From NCBI GenBank assembly GCA_047600805.1, contig JASGKG010000001.1, positions 1,151,133 through 1,215,132 of the forward strand: 64,000 nucleotides of DNA. The letters are read 5' to 3'. The notes beneath the pieces were generated by a model that worked only from the letters and a program-made list of their open reading frames with translations, made no database searches and had not been told where the DNA came from. Below, in pieces: positions 58,443-64,000 of the stretch. Numbering within the stretch: the stretch's first letter is position 1; every line of letters starts with the position of its first letter. This stretch comes from Nibricoccus sp. (GTDB lineage Bacteria; Verrucomicrobiota; Verrucomicrobiia; Opitutales; Opitutaceae). A program made the position numbers and the translations under genes.

Positions 58443-60245
58443 TTACTTTTCTGGCGTTATGATGACATCGTCGATGAGGAACGAAGCGAGAGGCGCTTTC
58501 ACATCCGCAGCTGGCAGATCGACACCTTTGCCTTCGCCGCGATACCGAAAGGCTCCAGTGCGGAACGAGAGCCGCTCAACCGTTGCAGCCGCCTCGGCCG
58601 GACCGACGTCGCTGGGTTTGGCCGGTTTGCCATCGATCTTCAATGAGATGCGGTCGGCCGTCGGTTTAGTGGGAGCGGCTAGTTCGAACGAAATCCACTG
58701 GCTGGCCGCGTAGGGGCCGTTGTCGTTCCAGACGCCTTCGTGATTCACCCAGATGTGTCCATCTTCCGCCAACGCGACCACGAACGGTCGCGCACCGTTG
58801 GCTGAAGCGAGCTCGATTTCGAGACGTGCGTTTGTCTGAAGTGCAAAAACTTTGAACGATGCTTTAAGGCCGTGTGTCTCGGGGAAAACGCGTATCGCGC
58901 GGGCGTAGTCGTATGGATCCTCATCGCGCAATTCCAGCGCGTGTTTTGCTGGGCTGTTGGTTTCCACGACGGAAACGGGCGCCCAGGCCGGGCTGTAGAT
59001 ATTCCACAGTTCGGGCAAGGCTCCGGCAGAGGTGTCTTCGAAGTCATCGTGCACAGCGGCATCGACTTTCGCCGTGAGCGGCGCCGGCAACCGGCTGATC
59101 CAGATGTCTTCTTTATTTACGCTGTAAGTCACCCAGTTGAAACGACCAGAGTCCGGTGGAGTGCCGTTGCCCTCGACGATGCCTCGAACGTATTGAGGGC
59201 CGAGATTTTTATATTTTCCCGGGAAGCGTTGGTCCGGCAATTCCCCGTGAACCGCAAGCAGGCCACTAAAGTTGGAGCAATCGTCACTGACCATCACGGC
59301 GAGTGGAAGACGCTGGCGGCTCGTGGGATTCAGGAAAAGGGCGTAGCGGTTGTCGGCGGTTTTCTGCAACCAGTACTTTGAGGCATTGTTGGGCAGATGA
59401 GTGCCGAACTGTTTTTCGGTCCAGGTCTTCCCGGCGTCGGTCGTCGTAGCGACGAGAGCGTTTTTCCAAACGCCGAGCACGGAGCCATCGGGACGGTGAA
59501 TAAAGGAAAGCGCTTTTCCTTTGATCGTGTAGAACCCGCTCTCATCGAGCTGGTCTTCTTCCCACCATTGAGCGGTCATCAGCTTGTTCGAAAGGAGCGC
59601 ATTACAGGCGGCCACGAAACCAGCGTCCTTCGATTCGCTGTAGAGCGGGTAGGGCAGTTTGAACTCCGTGTACGGCTGCTTTGCGTTTGGACGTATGAAG
59701 TAGATCGGCCCAAAGGAACCGTTTTCGTAAACTTCGCGCACGGCACGACCGAGGCCGGTGCCGTCGTTGGGTTCTGGCGGCTTTCCGTAGAACGCGAGCA
59801 CGAGTAGCCGGCCCTCGGGGGAAACATAGAAACCCATGCGCTGATGGCAGAGCGATTGGTTGCCGTCGGGCAAACTGATCGGCGGAAAAACAACACGCGG
59901 TTTTTCCCAATGATAACCATCGGTCGAAGTGGCCAGAGATGTGTAGCCGGGTGCTTCGTGTTCGCTCCGTGGATCGCTCAGATATTCGAGGTAGAACTTA
60001 CCTTTCCAATACGCTAGCATCGGCTGGTGCATGTAACTGTGAAGCAGGCCGTCGGCATGCGGAGAGTTCGTGCGATTGGCGCGGACGACTTGGATATTGT
60101 GAACGCCCACAACTGGGCGAAGTCCACCGTCAGCTGCGGTTGTGATCGCCGGCAGATCACGGCAGATTACAGGTGGTTCGGCTTCGGCGGCGATTCCAGT
60201 GAGACCAAGTACGGTTATGCCAAGACCAACGAAAAGCGTTTTCAT
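58443..60245 (-). CDS. secreted BNR/Asp-box repeat (sialidase-like beta-propeller) protein with C-terminal lectin-like domain
   Basis: Signal peptide MKTLFVGLGITVLGLTGIAAEA. Asp-box motifs ATSTDGYHWEKP and TTDAGKTWTEK. I placed the start at MKTLF; its ATG overlaps the TGA of the upstream SSS symporter gene. Confidence 0.5.
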   Translation of the reverse strand: MKTLFVGLGITVLGLTGIAAEAEPPVICRDLPAITTAADGGLRPVVGVHNIQVVRANRTNSPHADGLLHSYMHQPMLAYWKGKFYLEYLSDPRSEHEAPGYTSLATSTDGYHWEKPRVVFPPISLPDGNQSLCHQRMGFYVSPEGRLLVLAFYGKPPEPNDGTGLGRAVREVYENGSFGPIYFIRPNAKQPYTEFKLPYPLYSESKDAGFVAACNALLSNKLMTAQWWEEDQLDESGFYTIKGKALSFIHRPDGSVLGVWKNALVATTTDAGKTWTEKQFGTHLPNNASKYWLQKTADNRYALFLNPTSRQRLPLAVMVSDDCSNFSGLLAVHGELPDQRFPGKYKNLGPQYVRGIVEGNGTPPDSGRFNWVTYSVNKEDIWISRLPAPLTAKVDAAVHDDFEDTSAGALPELWNIYSPAWAPVSVVETNSPAKHALELRDEDPYDYARAIRVFPETHGLKASFKVFALQTNARLEIELASANGARPFVVALAEDGHIWVNHEGVWNDNGPYAASQWISFELAAPTKPTADRISLKIDGKPAKPSDVGPAEAAATVERLSFRTGAFRYRGEGKGVDLPAADVKAPLASFLIDDVIITPEK

Positions 60246-61804
60246 GGCTGTGTGGTTTGAGCGCGATCCGCGCGTGTTTTTTCCAGCCATCCCCACAAGG
60301 TCATCTTCTGGGTGATGGCGTCGGGCACTGCAAAAAAGTAGCTCGAGGAATAACCGACAACGAGCAGAACGACGTGCGCGAAGACGCCGATCATCACTTT
60401 GTGATAGGGGAAATTCCATGCGCCGAGGTTGAGCGTCGGGTCTTTGCCGACGGTTAAAGTGCCCCAAGTCGTGAACAGCAGACAGGCGACGATGCCGCAC
60501 CAGACGCCTTGCTTGTTGGCGCGTGGGCAAAGAAACGCGAGAAGGAAGAGTCCCGCGAGGCCGCCGGCGAGGATCGAGGTCACTGTATAATAATAAGAGA
60601 GCACCCGATCGGATTTCCAAGCGATGATCATGCCGATCGCGACGCTGAGTGTGCCGCAGATGGCGATAAGCAGTTTGCCCATACGGAGCCTCTGTGAATC
60701 GGTCGCTTGCGGACGCAACTTGCGGTAATAATCTTCGACGCCGACTACCGACAGACAGTTGAGATCCGACGAAAGCATCGACATGGCGGCAGAAAACAAC
60801 GCGGCGAGAAACAGGCCGGCGATGCCCATCGGCATTTTTGTAGATAGGAAATAGGGAAAGATTTTATCGGTCTTTGCGGCGATCTCGGTTGGCAGCACGT
60901 CGCCTGAAGTTTTGTAGTAAGCCCACGTCAGAGTGCCGGCCAGCATGAAGAGCGTCCACGCAGGGATGCAGAGCAGCGCGCCGAGAGCGACGCCGCGCAA
61001 CGCTTCGCGATCCGTTTTTGCCACCAGGTAACGCTGCACGAGCGTCTGGTCGGCCGTGTACTTTTGCATGTACCAGAAAAATCCGTACAGAGACATCACC
61101 CAAAAGCTGCTGTTGCTGCGCAAATTGAAGTCGAACGTTCCGAGGCTGAATTTATTGTTTTCCGATGCGAGGCGGAAGGCCGCTGGTAATCCGCCGGGGA
61201 TCATGAACGCGAGCACACCGAGGCATACGATAATGCCGAATGCCTTGATGAAGCCCTGGATCACATCGGTCCAGATCACTGCCTCAAGCCCGCCGATCAC
61301 CGTGTAATAAATCGTGACCACACCGGTCACGAGCATAACCACATAGATGTTCCAGCCCGTGATGCTGGTGACGGTGAGTGCGAGCGAATAGAACACGAAG
61401 CCCATTTTCGAGAAGTGCCCCGCAGTGAAACCGAGTGCGCTGTACGCGCGGACTTTATAGCCGAAGCGTTTTTCAAAATATTCGTAAGCGCTCATTCCGA
61501 CCACGTGCCGGAAGAATGGGATGATCACCAGACCGACCAAGATCAGTACACCCACAACCATGAACCCAGGGACAAGTTCGTTCCAGTTTCCCGCGTAGGC
61601 GGAGCCCGGATATCCGGTGAACGTAATGCTGCTGATCAACGCTGCGTAGATCGAAACGCCCATCGCCCAACTTGGGATCGACCGTTTGGCGACAAAGTAG
61701 TCCTCGGTGGTTTTCTGCCGGCGCGAAAACCAGCGCCCGATGAATACCATCGCGAGCATGTAAACGATTATGATTGCAGCATCTAACCAACGAAGACTGG
61801 CCAT
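60242..61804 (-). CDS. sodium:solute symporter (SSS/SLC5 family)
   Basis: 520 aa with about 13 TM helices. SSS N-terminal region MASLRWLDAAIIIVYMLAMVFIGRWFSRRQKTTEDYFVAKRSIPSWAMGVSIYAALISSITFTG. Confidence 0.85.
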   Translation of the reverse strand: MASLRWLDAAIIIVYMLAMVFIGRWFSRRQKTTEDYFVAKRSIPSWAMGVSIYAALISSITFTGYPGSAYAGNWNELVPGFMVVGVLILVGLVIIPFFRHVVGMSAYEYFEKRFGYKVRAYSALGFTAGHFSKMGFVFYSLALTVTSITGWNIYVVMLVTGVVTIYYTVIGGLEAVIWTDVIQGFIKAFGIIVCLGVLAFMIPGGLPAAFRLASENNKFSLGTFDFNLRSNSSFWVMSLYGFFWYMQKYTADQTLVQRYLVAKTDREALRGVALGALLCIPAWTLFMLAGTLTWAYYKTSGDVLPTEIAAKTDKIFPYFLSTKMPMGIAGLFLAALFSAAMSMLSSDLNCLSVVGVEDYYRKLRPQATDSQRLRMGKLLIAICGTLSVAIGMIIAWKSDRVLSYYYTVTSILAGGLAGLFLLAFLCPRANKQGVWCGIVACLLFTTWGTLTVGKDPTLNLGAWNFPYHKVMIGVFAHVVLLVVGYSSSYFFAVPDAITQKMTLWGWLEKTRADRAQTTQP

Positions 61805-61864
61805 AGGGAAAACTAAGGGATGGGGTTAAGACGAAACGGGGGGGCTAAAAGTATCCGGCGCGAA

Positions 61865-62884
61865 TCAGTTTTGAGATTTGTTTTTCGCCATAATCGCGGC
61901 GAGTTTTATGGCCTCCACGAGGCTGCGCGGATCGCCTCGTCCGGTTCCGGCGTTTGCGAAATCCGTGCCGTGCTCGACGGACGTGCGAATGATTGGCAGG
62001 CCCAGCGTGACATTTACACCGCGCCAGATGCCGAGCATTTTCGCCGCGACGTGTCCCTGGTCGTGATACATCGCCACGCCAGCGTCGAATTCCCCTTGGG
62101 CGCAGCGGAAAAAGATCGTGTCGCCCGCGTACGGACCGGTGACGTCCATGCCTTCGCGGCGAGCTTCCTCGATCGCGGGGGTGATGTATTTTTGCTCTTC
62201 GTCTCCGAACAAACCGTTTTCGCCTGCGTGCGGATTCAAGCCGGCGACGGCGATCTTTGGCTTGGCAACACCCAGCTTTTTGATCGCGTCGTTGGTGAGC
62301 CGGAGAACTTTCATGATGCGCTCGGGACGCACGCGCTCGACTGCGACGCGAAGTGGCACATGGGTGGAAACGTGGCTGACGCGTAATTTGTCTGCCGCCA
62401 ACATCATCGTTGCACCGGGCGACTTGCAGACCTTCGCGAGCAATCCTGTGTGACCGTCGTAATGGTAACCAGCCTGGTTCATCGCTGCCTTGTTGAGGGC
62501 TGACGTGACGATGGCACTGACTTTACCTGCAAGAGCTAGTTCGGCGGCAACTTTGACCGCTTCGTAGGCGGCCTTGCCAGCCATCGGGTCCACTTTACCG
62601 ACCTGAAGGGTGGAAAGATCGACGTTGTGCAGATCAAAAACATCGACGGCATCCTCGGCAAAGCGTGCGTGTGTGACATCGGTCACAGGATTCACCTTGA
62701 GTGCCACGCCGGTATACCCAGCGGCGCGCTGCAGTACCGCGGCGTCACCGACGACCAATATACGGCAGAGTGACCGCACCTCGGGCAAGACGAGGGCTTT
62801 GGTGATAAGCTCTGGTCCGGTTCCGGCAGGATCGCCAAGGGTGATCGCAAGAATAGGGAGCTCTGCTTGAGACGTAAGAGTCAT
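61865..62884 (-). CDS. PdxA-family (PdxA2-type) 4-phospho-hydroxy-acid dehydrogenase, decarboxylating
   Basis: PdxA-family N-terminus ILAITLGDPAGTGPELI, ...AGLNPHAGENG and ...MYHDQGH metal site. I chose the start at MTLTSQ, giving a 4-bp ATGA overlap with the upstream kinase gene. Confidence 0.8.
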   Translation of the reverse strand: MTLTSQAELPILAITLGDPAGTGPELITKALVLPEVRSLCRILVVGDAAVLQRAAGYTGVALKVNPVTDVTHARFAEDAVDVFDLHNVDLSTLQVGKVDPMAGKAAYEAVKVAAELALAGKVSAIVTSALNKAAMNQAGYHYDGHTGLLAKVCKSPGATMMLAADKLRVSHVSTHVPLRVAVERVRPERIMKVLRLTNDAIKKLGVAKPKIAVAGLNPHAGENGLFGDEEQKYITPAIEEARREGMDVTGPYAGDTIFFRCAQGEFDAGVAMYHDQGHVAAKMLGIWRGVNVTLGLPIIRTSVEHGTDFANAGTGRGDPRSLVEAIKLAAIMAKNKSQN

Positions 62885-63996
62885 AACGAAGATTTTGTGG
62901 ACGAAGTGCCCGTGGCGAGGTGGGCGAAGAGATTTTCCGGCCACGCGTAGCTTCCGGGCTTGATCGTGAAAAGCAGGGTGGGCTTCTGAACGGGCCGGAG
63001 AGCGATCACCCCCGGCGCCCATTCGCCGGCGACGTCGAAACTCGTCCAGCCATTTGCCTCGCTGATTGCTGCCGCCGTCGCGCCGCCCTCGACGATCAGA
63101 TGCGCGAGCGGTTCCTCAGCGAGCAACCTTTTAACGAGCTTTCCAAAAGCTTCGCGGATTTTCTCGGCTGTTTGCATGTCGTGCAACGACACTCCGGGGC
63201 TGGTGGCAATTGCCAACCGGCGCGTACGGAGCGCTTGAGCCAGTGAAGACTGCCAGCGGGGCGGGTAAATACCCGAACCAGCGTCCAAAACCAGAGACTG
63301 TGGCATCGGCTCTAGCTGCCAACCTGACCCAGCGGCACGAGCGACCAATGTTTCCCGCGCAGGAGTGAGCGAGCCTGAAAGGACGAGAGTTGGACCGCTC
63401 CAAGTGAGGTCTGGCTGAGCTTCTGGAACATAACCTTTGCTCGTCAGACACGCTTTGAAAAACTCGGCGCCGCCTGCCGGAAGGGTGCTGTCGTCGAGCT
63501 GTCGCGCCCAATGCGTCACGTCGGCGGAACTCGCCGCTTCGCCTACCATGATGCCGACTTTTGCAGCAGGTGAACCCACGGAAGTCACGGAGATGGGCCA
63601 GCCTTCCGCCCGGCCGAGCAAATCGATCACATTCGCCGATCGTGCCGGATGGTGAGGGTCGCGGGCGAAAGCCGTTTGATCAATCGGGAGGCCGTTAACG
63701 AAATATTGTCCCTTGGAAATCGTTCGGCCGAGCGATGGATTCGCCGGAACCAGCAGCACTCGTTTTTTGCCTACGGCAGCAGCCAGAGCGGCGCATTCCG
63801 CGACAACGTTGCCGCGTAGGACCGAGTCGGTTTTCTTATAAACAAAACCCGGTGAGTTCGCGATAATCGAGCGACTGATTTTCGCCACTTTGCCGGCAGC
63901 GTCTGCGGGCGATAACAGTCGCGTGTCCGAGTCGTAAACCGACAGACCGGTGAAGGCCGTGGTGTTTGCTTGTGGTGAGAAAATGCGCGTGGGCAA
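62881..63996 (-). CDS. DUF1537-family four-carbon acid-sugar kinase (OtnK/DtnK-like)
   Basis: 371 aa two-domain protein. N-terminal VYDSDTRLLSPADAAGKVAKI...FVYKKTDSVLRGN is characteristic of DUF1537. It is paired and overlapping with the PdxA-family gene. Confidence 0.7.
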   Translation of the reverse strand: MPTRIFSPQANTTAFTGLSVYDSDTRLLSPADAAGKVAKISRSIIANSPGFVYKKTDSVLRGNVVAECAALAAAVGKKRVLLVPANPSLGRTISKGQYFVNGLPIDQTAFARDPHHPARSANVIDLLGRAEGWPISVTSVGSPAAKVGIMVGEAASSADVTHWARQLDDSTLPAGGAEFFKACLTSKGYVPEAQPDLTWSGPTLVLSGSLTPARETLVARAAGSGWQLEPMPQSLVLDAGSGIYPPRWQSSLAQALRTRRLAIATSPGVSLHDMQTAEKIREAFGKLVKRLLAEEPLAHLIVEGGATAAAISEANGWTSFDVAGEWAPGVIALRPVQKPTLLFTIKPGSYAWPENLFAHLATGTSSTKSSL

Positions 63997-64000
63997 ACCG

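Overview
This is a high-GC (about 60%) bacterial chromosomal window with dense coding on both strands. I found no rRNA or tRNA genes, no CRISPR array and no transposase or integrase. By inference only, the gene content resembles a Verrucomicrobiota/Planctomycetota-type plant-polysaccharide degrader.

Housekeeping genes: a partial Old-Yellow-Enzyme C-terminus, smc, yraN, zwf with an OpcA-like gene and pgl, panD, lpxK, an M29 aminopeptidase, an adenosine deaminase, a flotillin-like protein and rluD.

The most prominent block lies on the minus strand between roughly 9.2 and 23.3 kb. It is a coherent L-rhamnose/L-fucose-type catabolic supercluster containing:
- lutABC and a rhamnulokinase
- a PL1 pectate lyase
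- an LDH/MDH-family dehydrogenase
- a complete PVM-type bacterial microcompartment (BMC) operon in the order PduL phosphotransacylase, 2x BMC-H, AckA, BMC-H, BMC-P, CoA-acylating aldehyde dehydrogenase, 2x BMC-P, class II aldolase, with no BMC-T

This BMC type is already described in the literature, so it is a nice find but not new.

My best candidate for something undescribed in this lineage is a compact corrinoid-dependent methyltransferase cassette at 36.9-41.8 kb. It encodes an AraC regulator, DUF1638, a RACo/RamA-like reductive activase, a B12-binding corrinoid protein and a URO-D-family methyltransferase. It has no visible partner methyltransferase and sits next to a hybrid sensor kinase with a periplasmic solute-binding domain.

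The remainder of the window holds:
- a GH28 gene
- an S9-fold peptidase homologue that appears to lack the catalytic Ser and His
- a glycan-harvesting block (GH31, GPH symporter, Gfo/Idh/MocA, a conserved hypothetical, a SASA-type O-acetylesterase, two GH2 genes including one 1294 aa with a malectin-like domain, a BNR/sialidase-like protein and an SSS symporter)
- a PdxA2 / DUF1537 four-carbon acid-sugar kinase pair
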